Shown here in pieces: positions 45,713-56,137 of a stretch of 64,000 nt of DNA. The position numbers and the translations under genes are program-made. Under the pieces are notes generated by a model that saw nothing but the letters and a program-made list of their open reading frames with translations, made no database searches and had not been told where the DNA came from. This DNA is from Phaeocystidibacter marisrubri (lineage in GTDB: Bacteria; Bacteroidota; Bacteroidia; Flavobacteriales; Schleiferiaceae). Position 1 is the first letter of the stretch. Every line of letters begins with the position of its first letter. The stretch lies in NCBI RefSeq assembly GCF_008933165.1, contig NZ_WBVQ01000002.1:207569-271568 (forward strand), given 5' to 3'.

Positions 45713-46519
45713 ATGATTATTTATAAGTCGAAAGAAGAAATTGAATTGATGCGTGAAAGCGCTCAAATCGTATCGAGAACCTTGGGTGTGGTTGCAAAGG
45801 AAATCAAGCCAGGTGTAACTCCACTCTATCTCGATAAACTAGCGGAAGACTACATCCGAAGCCAAGGTGCAGAACCTGGATTTCTGGGTATGTACGACTT
45901 CCCTAACACCCTTTGCATGAGCAAAAACGAAGTAGTTGTTCACGGGTATCCGGATAACGAACCACTGCGTGAAGGAGACACCATCTCTGTAGATTGTGGG
46001 GCCCTAAAGAATGGTTATTACGGCGATCACGCCTTCACATTTGCCGTGGGCGAAGTGAAGCCTGAGGTGAAAAAATTACTTGATGTCACCTTGGAATCTC
46101 TCTACTTGGGAATTGAGCAAATGAGAGCTGGAAATCGCTTGGAAGATATCGGATGGGCCATTCAGCAACACGCGGAAGCGCATGGTTACGGTGTTGTTCG
46201 AGACTTGGTTGGACATGGTATTGGAAAAACCATGCACGAAGATCCGCAGGTTCCGAATTACGGAAGACGTGGCAGAGGAAAGAAACTTCAAGAAGGATTG
46301 GTTCTAGCCATTGAACCGATGATCAACATGGGTACTCATCGTGTGGCTTACTTGAAAGATGGTTGGACGATTGTTTCGGGCGATAGAAAACACTCGGCTC
46401 ACTTTGAACACGATGTGGCTATTGTGGATGGAAAACCAGATGTACTGTCCACTTTTGACTATGTTTACGAAGCATTAGGCCTTCCTGCTGAAGATTTCAA
46501 AGTACCACTCACACGATGA
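45713..46519 (+). CDS. map: Type I methionine aminopeptidase
   Basis: …MRESAQIVSRTL…, metal ligands D…D…H…E…E in the typical arrangement, and 268 aa. Confidence 0.9.
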   Translation: MIIYKSKEEIELMRESAQIVSRTLGVVAKEIKPGVTPLYLDKLAEDYIRSQGAEPGFLGMYDFPNTLCMSKNEVVVHGYPDNEPLREGDTISVDCGALKNGYYGDHAFTFAVGEVKPEVKKLLDVTLESLYLGIEQMRAGNRLEDIGWAIQQHAEAHGYGVVRDLVGHGIGKTMHEDPQVPNYGRRGRGKKLQEGLVLAIEPMINMGTHRVAYLKDGWTIVSGDRKHSAHFEHDVAIVDGKPDVLSTFDYVYEALGLPAEDFKVPLTR

Positions 46520-47274
46520 TTAAGTTCGCGCTCAAGTATATTCCAAGACCCTGGCTCATCCGGTTGAGTTATGTGGTTCAGTTTTTCGCCCCAGTTCTCT
46601 ATGGTGGTTCTCGATTTGTAGACCCCATTGACGGCAAGGGATATAGAAAGTTCCTCCCGTACGGTTACGGAGGCAATATTCGCGAAAACGCCCTTTCACC
46701 TGGTACCAATAGCTTGGAACGCCACCGCTTAATGTGGCTCTACTTAAAGCGCGAGTCCGACTTCTTCACTCAGCCTAAAAAAGTGCTACACGTTGCACCA
46801 GAGCAGTGCTTCTATGGAAGGTTCAGAAAAATGTCAAATTTGGATTACACGACGGCTGACTTAGATTCACCGATCGCGGATATCTCCATGGACATTCACG
46901 ATATTCCATTCGAGGAAAATACATTTGACGTGGTTTTTTGCAACCATGTTTTGGAACACGTAGACGACGATCAACAGTGCATGCGCGAGCTTTGTCGGGT
47001 TCTAAAGCCAGGAGGAATGGCCATTATGCAAGTGCCATATATCCCCAATCAAGAGGTTACAGTGGAAGATCCAAGCATTACTGATCCCGCTGAAAGAGAA
47101 CGACTATTCGGTCAGTACGACCATGTTCGCAAGTACGGAAAAGACTATGCGGATCGTCTGAAAAATGCAGGGTTCAAAGTTACAAAGGTGGATTTCTCCG
47201 AAATTCTTCCATCTGAGGAATTCGATAAGTATCGCCTTCCAAAAGGAGAACCTCTCTACGTTTGTAGCAAGTAA
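46516..47274 (+). CDS. Class I SAM-dependent methyltransferase (Methyltransf_11-like)
   Basis: …VLHVAPEQ…FDVVFCNHVLEHVDDDQQCMRELCRVLKPGGMAIMQVP…. Confidence 0.65.
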   Translation: MIKFALKYIPRPWLIRLSYVVQFFAPVLYGGSRFVDPIDGKGYRKFLPYGYGGNIRENALSPGTNSLERHRLMWLYLKRESDFFTQPKKVLHVAPEQCFYGRFRKMSNLDYTTADLDSPIADISMDIHDIPFEENTFDVVFCNHVLEHVDDDQQCMRELCRVLKPGGMAIMQVPYIPNQEVTVEDPSITDPAERERLFGQYDHVRKYGKDYADRLKNAGFKVTKVDFSEILPSEEFDKYRLPKGEPLYVCSK

Positions 47275-48741
47275 TCAGTCCAAACGTTCCAGTCCGGCTT
47301 TGGCCTTTTGCTGAGTCCCTTCATACCAAGGATAATCGTCAAATTCTAGGACGTTTTCGTAGTGCTCGCGCGCTTTGACGAATTCTTTGGTCTGCTCATA
47401 AAGCAAGGCCAGATGCAACTCTGAGTACACTCTGTTAACCGTTATCGGCTCTATCGTATACTTGATAGCGTTAGTTAATGAGGTGATGGCATTCTTAACG
47501 TCTTCCAGTTGCTCGTACGATCTACCGAGTCGATAATGGAATTCCATGTGATCGTTCTGGGTACGGCAAATTTGAGACTCCTTTCCTTTCAGCATCCTCA
47601 AAACCTTTTGATGCTGACCTGAATCAAAGGCTAAACGGGCTTTTAAGAGCTCCAAGGCAATGGGTTCAACTTCACATTCACGAAGTGCTTCAAGATCAGC
47701 TCCTACAGATGCGGTACCCTCTTCCAAAACCCTAGAACGGTACAGCTCCATTCGAGCATTCTGTCCTCTCAATCGATAATACCAACTCAAAAAGCGCAAA
47801 GTCGACTTGTTGTAATTGACGCCTTTATTCATCTGCAAATACGAGAGTAAGTGAAGATTGGCATCCTCATCTCCTCGAGTTAATTTCGCCCGTCCCAGCG
47901 TGTATACCAAGTAAGGAAAATCATGAACGCCGGGAATAGCGCGAACGTCCAAAAGCATATCGATCAACTCATCCATGTCGCCCTCTTTCTGGAGCAACCT
48001 AGACTCTAAATAGGCCAGAAGAGGATTGGTATGAGGATCTAAGCCGTACGACTTCACACTCAGCTTAACGTTGGGGTTGAGTTGCTGAGCCACGTACACA
48101 TAGACAAATACATTCTTAGTCTTCAAATAACTCCACTGAGGCTGTTCCGACACTTGGGTTGATTCTCTCAACAATTGAAGACCCAATTCTAGATCACCCG
48201 AATATCCCAACATGGATGTCAGAAATCGATAATTATCGGGAACACTTCCAATGGCGACATTTAATACTCCAGCACCCACTTTTAAGGGAACAAAATCAGG
48301 ATACTCTTCTTGACCATCCTCCATGGAACTCAGCGCTCCTAGGGCATACTGGGCACCGCTAAACATCCTCCCGAACTTCAGTTCCAGAGCGGCCATTTCG
48401 AACTTCATTTCACCAACGTAGAGGTGATAATACGGGCTTGATTCATCTCCATCTTTCACTACCTCTAACCAATCCAACATCTTGCGCTTATCCTTAGTAA
48501 ACGCCGCCTCATCTTCATCCACAAAATGGCGAAGGAAAAATAAATTGAACCTTAAGTAGGAAGTTGTTTGCTGATTGGGGTGATCCTTCTCGTACGAATT
48601 GAGAATGGTTTCTGCACTGTCAAACTTGAGAGTAAAAATCAATTCATGCGCTTGCTTCAGCTTCTTATCCATCGGAAACTGCGCAAAGGAACACACTGAA
48701 ACCAAGAGCAATAAGAGAGAAAATAGAAAACGTACGCGCAT
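47275..48741 (-). CDS. TPR-repeat secreted protein
   Basis: A signal peptide is followed by TPR-like helical repeats. Confidence 0.55.
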   Translation of the reverse strand: MRVRFLFSLLLLLVSVCSFAQFPMDKKLKQAHELIFTLKFDSAETILNSYEKDHPNQQTTSYLRFNLFFLRHFVDEDEAAFTKDKRKMLDWLEVVKDGDESSPYYHLYVGEMKFEMAALELKFGRMFSGAQYALGALSSMEDGQEEYPDFVPLKVGAGVLNVAIGSVPDNYRFLTSMLGYSGDLELGLQLLRESTQVSEQPQWSYLKTKNVFVYVYVAQQLNPNVKLSVKSYGLDPHTNPLLAYLESRLLQKEGDMDELIDMLLDVRAIPGVHDFPYLVYTLGRAKLTRGDEDANLHLLSYLQMNKGVNYNKSTLRFLSWYYRLRGQNARMELYRSRVLEEGTASVGADLEALRECEVEPIALELLKARLAFDSGQHQKVLRMLKGKESQICRTQNDHMEFHYRLGRSYEQLEDVKNAITSLTNAIKYTIEPITVNRVYSELHLALLYEQTKEFVKAREHYENVLEFDDYPWYEGTQQKAKAGLERLD

Positions 48742-48768
48742 AAAAAAAGGGGCTCGATGTGAACCCCT
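48742..48768 (-). terminator. Weak rho-independent terminator after the COG1579-like gene
   Basis: On the minus strand an imperfect stem GGGGTTC/GAGCCCC is followed by T7. Confidence 0.35.
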
Positions 48769-48791
48769 AAAATTAGTCAGATAATCTATGA

Positions 48792-49586
48792 TTACTTAGC
48801 CTTCGCCAAGATATCTTCAATCATTTTCCCCATGCGCTCTTCTTCTTCACGAGCCAATTCTGGGTCAACGAGAATACGTCCGCTGTGCTCATCGGTGATG
48901 ATCTTCTTGCGCTGTGCAATTTCAAGCTGACGTTGTGGTGGAATCACGAAGAATGAGCCGGCAGAAGCGCCACGCTCAATAGAAACAACCGCAAGACCGT
49001 TCAAAGTCTTCTCACGGATGCGACGATAAGCTGTGTAAAGACGCTCTTCAATTTGCTTTCCGTACTCTTCTGATTTCTGAAGAAGAACCTCTTCCTCTTT
49101 CTGAGTTTCGTTCATGATACTGTCCAACTCACCTTTCTTGAACTCAAGGTGATTCTTGCGCTCAGCGAGTTTAGCATCAGTGCCCGACTTGATTTCCTTC
49201 TTGTTAGCGATCTTGGCTTCAAATTCCTTGATTCGCTTATTAGAAAGTTGAATTTCCAATTCTTGGAATTCAATTTCCTTAGAGATAGCATCGAACTCGC
49301 GGTTGTTGCGAACATTCTTTTGCTGCTCCTCGTACTTCTTGATTTTTTCCGTGGCGTTCTTGATCGTGATCTTGCGATCCTTGATTTCGTCTTCGAGTTC
49401 CTTTACTTCTGCAGAAGTTTTCTCAACACGAGTCTCAAGACCAGCAATTTCGTCTTCAAGATCTTCAACTTCCAATGGCAATTCACCGCGAAGGTTGCGG
49501 ATCTCGTCAATTCTGCGATCGATAATCTGAAGATCGTACAAAGCGCGAAGCTTGTCTTCGACCGTCAATTCTTTCGTCTTTGCCAT
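48792..49586 (-). CDS. COG1579-like coiled-coil protein, the Nif3-associated zinc-ribbon family (here without cysteines)
   Basis: The N-terminus (…LRALYDLQIIDRRIDEIRNLRGELPLEVEDLEDEI…) matches the family, and the gene sits immediately downstream of a Nif3-family gene. Confidence 0.6.
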   Translation of the reverse strand: MAKTKELTVEDKLRALYDLQIIDRRIDEIRNLRGELPLEVEDLEDEIAGLETRVEKTSAEVKELEDEIKDRKITIKNATEKIKKYEEQQKNVRNNREFDAISKEIEFQELEIQLSNKRIKEFEAKIANKKEIKSGTDAKLAERKNHLEFKKGELDSIMNETQKEEEVLLQKSEEYGKQIEERLYTAYRRIREKTLNGLAVVSIERGASAGSFFVIPPQRQLEIAQRKKIITDEHSGRILVDPELAREEEERMGKMIEDILAKAK

Positions 49587-49591
49587 ATAGC

Positions 49592-50683
49592 CTATAGATA
49601 TAAAATGGGGTTCGTTTTGACTGCCGTCTGAAAGGTGGCAAAATTAGGGAATTTTTCATGAACTGCATCATATAACAGATCAATCGTAAACTGTTCGGAT
49701 TCAAAGTGTCCGATGTCTGCGATGACAATTCGATCTTCCGCATCAAAAAATTGATGGTATTTATAGTCGGCCGTAACAAAAACATCGGCCTTTGCCGCTA
49801 TGGCATTCTTCAATAAAAAGCTTCCTGATCCCCCACATACCGCAATGGTCTTTACGGTATCCGAAACGGGACGAGTAAATCGAACTACACCACCCACACT
49901 TTTCTTGAGATGAGCTAGGAACGCCTCAGTAGACATTTCTTTAGGAAGAGTCCCGATCATGCCACTTCCTACTTCGAGTAGCTCATTCTCGAGCTGAAAC
50001 AGATCCCAGGCGACTTCTTCGTAGGGGTGCGCTTCAAACAATGCAGCCAGTACCGTTTTGGTTCGATCAACCGGCAAGATGACTTCAACCCGCTCTTCGA
50101 TTTCTTCGTGTCGCTCTCCGGGAACTCCAACGAAGGGATCAGTGCCCTCACCTCCCCTAAACGTTCCCACACCCTCTGATCGGAAGGAACATTGATCATA
50201 AGCCCCAACATGACCAGCGCCAGCAGCAAATAATGCAGAGACCACTTCTTCGGTGTGGGATTTTGGAACGAAGGTGACCAACTTTCGCAATATCCCAGCT
50301 TTAGGAGCCAAGATTCTCGTATTCTCCAAGCCTAGCACTTCGCACAATTTGGCATTAACCCCGTGAGATACATTGTCCAAGTTGGTGTGAATAGCATAAA
50401 GCGCAATCCCATGTCGAATAGCGAGCATAACCGTTCGCTCCACATAATTCTTTCCCGTCAATCGTTTCAGTCCACCAAAAATGATGGGATGATGAGACAC
50501 AATGAGACCCGCTCCTTTTTCAATCGCTTCGCGCACTACTTCCTCTGTTACATCCAAACTTATGATGGCCGATTCTATCTCTGCGTTCGCGTCACCTACT
50601 AGGAGTCCACTGTTGTCATACGACTCCTGGTAAGCCGGCGGAGCCATACTATCTAAAAATTGAGTGATGTCTTTTACTCTCAT
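49592..50683 (-). CDS. Nif3-like dinuclear metal centre protein (YqfO family)
   Basis: MRVKDITQFLDSMAPPAYQESYDNSGLLVGD…, an HHP motif (…VSHHPIIF…) and …HTNLD…. Confidence 0.8.
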   Translation of the reverse strand: MRVKDITQFLDSMAPPAYQESYDNSGLLVGDANAEIESAIISLDVTEEVVREAIEKGAGLIVSHHPIIFGGLKRLTGKNYVERTVMLAIRHGIALYAIHTNLDNVSHGVNAKLCEVLGLENTRILAPKAGILRKLVTFVPKSHTEEVVSALFAAGAGHVGAYDQCSFRSEGVGTFRGGEGTDPFVGVPGERHEEIEERVEVILPVDRTKTVLAALFEAHPYEEVAWDLFQLENELLEVGSGMIGTLPKEMSTEAFLAHLKKSVGGVVRFTRPVSDTVKTIAVCGGSGSFLLKNAIAAKADVFVTADYKYHQFFDAEDRIVIADIGHFESEQFTIDLLYDAVHEKFPNFATFQTAVKTNPILYL

Positions 50684-50791
50684 AAAACGAAGATACGGCA
50701 AGATGACCGACTATGCAGAAAGCGACCTCATCTCATGTCTTGCAGCAAAACGCGGACTTTAATATCTTGCCCTCCCGTTATACTCTCAAAC

Positions 50792-52852
50792 ATGAACGCT
50801 CCCTACTCAACTACAAGGACTCTCTTTCCTTTCCTCCTTGTTTTTTCCTTCTTCACGACGATCGTAAAAGGCCAAGATGTTGCTAATTGTCACATTGCAG
50901 ACGATATCATTGTCGCCGCCCAAACTTCTCACTACGCCCCTAGAGATATTGATTCGAACTTTTCCGAATTGGTTTACGAAGAATTCATCTCATCCATCAA
51001 CTCAGGCCAACAATTCTTCACTAGCTCTGATTTAGAGAAACTTGAAGTATATAAATACACGGCGGGATTAGGCGGAGAGAAAACCTGCGACTTCATCAGC
51101 CTTAGTATCGACACCTATAAGAGTCGGTTCTCTGCACTTGCTCAACTACTCGACGAGACCAGTAAAAGCCCGATCTCTTTTTCTGGGAATGATGTGTACC
51201 GAACCTTCGACAAAGAGGAATTGACTAATCAAAATTGGAAGTCCTATTGGAAGTCCTATTTCAAGATGAATGTGCTATTTGCCATTATTGGAGCTCGAGA
51301 TTCCACCGATTTGGAAAGAACCCCTTCGGCTGAAGAAATCGATAAGTGGAAGTATCAAGTCGGCCAAAACATGATTTGCCGATTCGAAAACACGATCAAC
51401 AGCTACGGCGCCATCGATCAATACATTACAGATAAATTTCTAAAATCTGTCGCTCACGCATTTGACCCACACACCACCTTGTATTCGATGGCCGACTTCA
51501 AACAGTTTGCCACGCAGTTGTCAAAAAACACCATGACTTATGGCATAGAGGTCTACCGAAACGAGGCGGGTGAAATTGAGATTTACAACATTCTACCAGG
51601 TAGCCCCGCTTGGAATTCGAATGACATCAATACGGGTGACATCATTATTGGAACGGGGGCGAAAGGAGTAAAACCAACGGACTTTACCTGTATGTCTACT
51701 GCTGATGTGCAGGCATTAATCGAAACGAGCGATTCGGGAGAAGCCACCTTTCACCTCAGGAAAAAGAGCGGTGATGAGGTTCATGTCACATTGAGACAAT
51801 CCATTGTAGAAGTACAAAGCAATATCATCCAAAGTTACCTCTTGGAAGGAGAGCGGAAACTGGGATACCTCTATTTACCCTCTTTCTATGAAGGGGAAGG
51901 AAATTCTGGATGTGCCACCGATGTGGGCAAGGCTCTCATTCAACTGAAGCGCGAAGGTGTAGAAGGACTCATCCTCGACCTGCGAGACAACGGTGGAGGC
52001 TCCATGGAAGAGGCCATTCGATTATCGGGAATTTTCATCAATTACGGAGCTCTTTCCATCCTATCCACTTCGGTCCTAGATCAGCTTGAAACATTGAAAG
52101 ACATGGACCGTGGAGTTCTATTCGACAAACCCATGGTTATTCTCGTGAACGAGTACAGTGCATCAGCATCGGAATTGTTCGCGGCAGCCATGCAGGATAG
52201 AAACCGAGCGATCATTGTAGGAAATTCGACATTTGGAAAATCTACGGCTCAGCGCATCCTACCGCTTACAATCCGCAATGAAAATGGCAATACCGTTGAG
52301 ACGGACCCGTATGTCATCAAAATCACTTTTGCATCCTTTTATCGCGTGACGGGGCAAACACATCAAGGCGAGGGCGTTCAACCTGACATTGCCCTTCCTT
52401 CGCAATACAGTGGCACTCGCTTCAATGAATCATCCTATCCTTCGGCATTGAGTTTTGAACCGGTAACGAAGAAGACATACTACTTTCCAGCAGATCCACT
52501 CCCTATAGAGGCTTTAAAGGAACTCAGTACGCGACGCATTCAAAACGACAGCGATTGGACTCAATACATAGCTGTCCTTTCGGAAGAACAGGAAGAGAAA
52601 AAGGACAAGTCTGTTCCACTCAACTATGAAGCCTTCTACCAGTCTTATATGGACACCACTGACAGAGAAGAGTTCTTCATCCATCTTTCTGAAAACCTTC
52701 CATACAGCGTTGCTCCTGCTCGCTACACCATGCGCTTTACGTCGGTGAACGAAGACGAAAATGAGAGGAATATTCGAAGTATTTCAAATGATCCTTGGAT
52801 TGCTGAAACGTATCAAATTCTAAACGACTACTTATTATTAAATACCAACTAA
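50792..52852 (+). CDS. S41-family C-terminal processing peptidase
   Basis: A signal peptide, a PDZ-like region, and the S41 core (…LILDLRDNGGGSMEEAIRLSGIF…ILVNEYSASASELFA…). Confidence 0.8.
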   Translation: MNAPYSTTRTLFPFLLVFSFFTTIVKGQDVANCHIADDIIVAAQTSHYAPRDIDSNFSELVYEEFISSINSGQQFFTSSDLEKLEVYKYTAGLGGEKTCDFISLSIDTYKSRFSALAQLLDETSKSPISFSGNDVYRTFDKEELTNQNWKSYWKSYFKMNVLFAIIGARDSTDLERTPSAEEIDKWKYQVGQNMICRFENTINSYGAIDQYITDKFLKSVAHAFDPHTTLYSMADFKQFATQLSKNTMTYGIEVYRNEAGEIEIYNILPGSPAWNSNDINTGDIIIGTGAKGVKPTDFTCMSTADVQALIETSDSGEATFHLRKKSGDEVHVTLRQSIVEVQSNIIQSYLLEGERKLGYLYLPSFYEGEGNSGCATDVGKALIQLKREGVEGLILDLRDNGGGSMEEAIRLSGIFINYGALSILSTSVLDQLETLKDMDRGVLFDKPMVILVNEYSASASELFAAAMQDRNRAIIVGNSTFGKSTAQRILPLTIRNENGNTVETDPYVIKITFASFYRVTGQTHQGEGVQPDIALPSQYSGTRFNESSYPSALSFEPVTKKTYYFPADPLPIEALKELSTRRIQNDSDWTQYIAVLSEEQEEKKDKSVPLNYEAFYQSYMDTTDREEFFIHLSENLPYSVAPARYTMRFTSVNEDENERNIRSISNDPWIAETYQILNDYLLLNTN

Positions 52853-52853
52853 C

Positions 52854-53885
52854 ATGAGAATTACCATTGCGCTTTCGCTACTTCTCTCTTTTGGAAGTAC
52901 GCTTTTCGCACAAACCACTCAAGAGGCTCTTGAGTACATGAACACCATCTCTGAACACGTGGATGAGATGAAAGGGGAAACCTGGAGTTATCTCAAAGCT
53001 GCCACGCGTGGAAGAAGTGCCCGCACTTTGGAGAGAAAGCGTCAGGCTGTGATTGAAGAACTCGGTGAAGTCATTCGAGAAATTGATCGTTTAGGACCAC
53101 TTAAGCGCGATAACTCATACCGTGTGGAAGTACTGAGCTACCTCCGCTTAACGCAAATTGTGATGCGCGAAGATTATGGCGAGATCATGAACTTGGAAGA
53201 AATCGCCGAGCAATCGTACGACGGCATGGAGGCCTACTTGACAGCACAAGAAATTGCTTCTGAGAAACTGGATAGCGCTTTTGGAATTTACCAAGACGCA
53301 CAAGAGGCTTTTGCTACCAAGTACAACATCAATTTGGTAGATGGTGAAATGAGTCGCCGCGATCGTCGCATAAAGAAGGCCAGCGATGCCTTGGGGTATT
53401 ACAACCGCGTATTCTTGATCGTATTTAAGGCGCAGATTCAAGAGCAATACACCATTGATGCACTAAATAACAACGATCTACTTAGTCTTGAACAAAGCTC
53501 ACAGGCCTTGAAGGCTGCCGCTGAAGAAGGATTGGTGATTCTAGACACCATGAGTCCATATCACGAAGACAGCGATCCACAGCTCATTCTTGGCGCACGT
53601 CGTGTGCTGAACTTCTACATCAACGAAGTAGAAAAGGAGATGCCGAATTTGGTGGACTTCTTTGTAGCGAAAGACAACTTCGAGCAGTTGAAGCAAACCA
53701 TCGACTCTAAGGATCAGCGCGACCTCTCCAAAGACGAAATTGAAGAGTTTAACGCAGCCGTGGAAGAGTTCAACGCTATGGTTCCAAAGTTCAATGAAAC
53801 CAATGAGCGCGTGAATGAACGCAGAGAAGAAACCATGGAAGCATGGGAAGACAAAGTAGAAGACTTCTTTGATGACCACGCATAA
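52854..53885 (+). CDS. Secreted alpha-helical / coiled-coil hypothetical protein
   Basis: A signal peptide (…LFAQ) is followed by a Glu/Lys-rich helical sequence. Confidence 0.45.
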   Translation: MRITIALSLLLSFGSTLFAQTTQEALEYMNTISEHVDEMKGETWSYLKAATRGRSARTLERKRQAVIEELGEVIREIDRLGPLKRDNSYRVEVLSYLRLTQIVMREDYGEIMNLEEIAEQSYDGMEAYLTAQEIASEKLDSAFGIYQDAQEAFATKYNINLVDGEMSRRDRRIKKASDALGYYNRVFLIVFKAQIQEQYTIDALNNNDLLSLEQSSQALKAAAEEGLVILDTMSPYHEDSDPQLILGARRVLNFYINEVEKEMPNLVDFFVAKDNFEQLKQTIDSKDQRDLSKDEIEEFNAAVEEFNAMVPKFNETNERVNERREETMEAWEDKVEDFFDDHA

Positions 53886-53909
53886 ATAGCAGTCTTCCTC
53901 TAATCACTA

Positions 53910-53948
53910 AAAACAAAACCCCCGTCATTTCTGACGGGGGTTTTTTTA
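53910..53948. terminator. Bidirectional rho-independent terminator between convergent genes (one is rpsA)
   Basis: The stem CCCCCGTCA/TGACGGGGG has loop TTTC, followed by T8 and preceded by an A-run. Confidence 0.8.
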
Positions 53949-53967
53949 TTTGAAGAGGAAAGGGAGA

Positions 53968-55857
53968 TTATTCTCCGTCTTCCATGTCTTTCTTCAATTG
54001 TGCAAGAGCGTCAAGGTCACCCAATGTAGTTTTCTCTACGTTTTGAGTTGCTTTCTTCGCTGTTGCGCGAGCTGGTTTAGCATCCGTTGCTTCAGCGTGA
54101 TCTTCAGCTCCACCTGCAACTTCTTTGTAAAGTTGAGTGTGTGAAACTACGATACGACGAGCATCTTTGCTGAACTCAATCACTTTGAAGTCGAGCTTGT
54201 CACCAACCTTGATTGGAGAACCGTCTTCTTTGTGAGCGTGACGACCTGGGCAGAAACCTTCAACTCCGAATGTTTCGAACATAACGTTCACACCTTTGTC
54301 GAATACTTCAGTCACATTTCCTTCGTGAACGCTACCTACAGTGAATACTGCAGAATAGTTGTCCCAAGGGTTCTCTTGAACTTGCTTGTGACCAAGGCTC
54401 AAGCGACGGTTTTCGAGGTCAACCTCAAGAACTTTAACTTCAAGCTCAGCACCAATGCTAGTGAATTCACTTGGGTGCTTGATTTTCTTAGTCCAAGAAA
54501 GGTCAGAGATGTGGATCAATCCGTCAATACCTTCCTCCAATTCAACGAATACGCCGAAGTTAGTGAAGTTGCGAACGATACCTTTGTGCTGGCTTCCTTG
54601 TGGGTACTTGGTCTGAATATCAGCCCATGGATCTGGAGTGAGTTGCTTCATACCAAGTGACATCTTGCGATCTTCGCGATCCAATGTCAAGATAACAGCT
54701 TCTACTTCATCACCTACTTTCACGAAGTCTTGCGCAGAACGAAGGTGAGTACTCCAGCTCATTTCTGATACGTGGATCAAACCTTCAACACCTGGCTGAA
54801 CTTCTACGAATGCACCGTAATCAGCTAGAACAACAACTTTACCTTTCACTTTATCTCCAACCGATAGGTTTTCGTTAAGTGCATCCCAAGGATGAGCAGC
54901 AAGTTGCTTAATACCCAATTGGATACGAGTCTTAGCTTCATCAAAGTCAAGGATAACAACGTTGAGTTTCTCGTCGAGTTCAACCACTTCAGATGGGTGA
55001 TTGATACGGCTCCAAGAAAGGTCAGTGATGTGTACCAAACCGTCAACACCACCAAGGTCGATGAACACACCGTAAGAAGTGATGTTCTTAACCACACCTT
55101 CAAGTACTTGACCTTTTTCAAGCTGAGAAATAATTTTTCTCTTCTGTTCTTCAAGGTCAGCCTCGATAAGAGCTTTGTGAGAAACAACCACGTTCTTGAA
55201 TTCTTGGTTGATCTTAACGATCTTGAATTCCATGGTTTTATCTACGTATGCGTCGTAGTCACGGATAGGCTTCACATCAATTTGTGAACCTGGCAAGAAC
55301 GCCTCTAGTCCGAATACGTCTACGATCATACCGCCTTTCGTACGACACTTCACGTAACCGTTTACTACTTCTTCAGCTTCGTAAGCCTCATTCACGCGGT
55401 CCCAAGCCTTGATAGCACGAGCCTTACGGTGAGACAATACAAGCTGACCATACTTGTCTTCTTGCTTGTCAACGAGTACTTCTACGTCATCACCAACCTT
55501 AAGGTCAGGATTGTAACGGAACTCGTTCAAGGATACAACACCTTCTGATTTAGAAGCGATGTCGATGATAGCATCACGGTCAGTGATCGTAACCACTTTA
55601 CCATTTACTACTTGGTGCTCAACTGATGAACCAAGAGTATCTTCGTACATCTGAGCAAGCTCTTCGTACGCAGAACCGCGCTTGGTTGTTCCGCTCTCGT
55701 AAGCTTCCCAATCAAATTCGGTCTCTTGAACTGGGGTAAGATCTACCTCTTCCTCAGTCTCTTCAGTCTCAACCTCAGCTACTTCTGCAGCTGCTGTTGC
55801 TTTTTCTTCCGCTGCTGCAGCTTTTGCTTCAGCGGCTTTGTTGTTTTCTTCTGCCAT
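53968..55857 (-). CDS. rpsA: 30S ribosomal protein S1
   Basis: Multiple S1 domains, 629 aa, with an Ala/Glu-rich N-terminal extension. Confidence 0.9.
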   Translation of the reverse strand: MAEENNKAAEAKAAAAEEKATAAAEVAEVETEETEEEVDLTPVQETEFDWEAYESGTTKRGSAYEELAQMYEDTLGSSVEHQVVNGKVVTITDRDAIIDIASKSEGVVSLNEFRYNPDLKVGDDVEVLVDKQEDKYGQLVLSHRKARAIKAWDRVNEAYEAEEVVNGYVKCRTKGGMIVDVFGLEAFLPGSQIDVKPIRDYDAYVDKTMEFKIVKINQEFKNVVVSHKALIEADLEEQKRKIISQLEKGQVLEGVVKNITSYGVFIDLGGVDGLVHITDLSWSRINHPSEVVELDEKLNVVILDFDEAKTRIQLGIKQLAAHPWDALNENLSVGDKVKGKVVVLADYGAFVEVQPGVEGLIHVSEMSWSTHLRSAQDFVKVGDEVEAVILTLDREDRKMSLGMKQLTPDPWADIQTKYPQGSQHKGIVRNFTNFGVFVELEEGIDGLIHISDLSWTKKIKHPSEFTSIGAELEVKVLEVDLENRRLSLGHKQVQENPWDNYSAVFTVGSVHEGNVTEVFDKGVNVMFETFGVEGFCPGRHAHKEDGSPIKVGDKLDFKVIEFSKDARRIVVSHTQLYKEVAGGAEDHAEATDAKPARATAKKATQNVEKTTLGDLDALAQLKKDMEDGE

Positions 55858-55978
55858 GCGGCCTAAGATGATTTGTATCCAGCGTTGATAAGATTTAAGG
55901 CAAACCTCTGGAGACGTTTTACATTTAATTGAAAATCACCCTCTTCCACACTTATCCAAGACCTTCGAAAAAGGGACG

Positions 55979-55986
55979 CAAATGTA
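55979..55986 (-). promoter_or_regulatory. Putative -7 element TACATTTG upstream of rpsA
   Basis: The minus strand reads TACATTTG about 120 nt upstream of the rpsA ATG. A long leader is typical for rpsA. Confidence 0.3.
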
Positions 55987-56137
55987 AGGAGAATTTCTAG
56001 CATCAACAAGTATCTTTATTTGTGCATTTTGATTGAAGATTAGTGTTTTATGATTCCGCTTCTTCCTAAATTGATGCTTGCCTTCACAGGCCGCCTTAAA
56101 ATTGAATGAAGCGCCCGAGAAACATCCCTCTTCCCCT

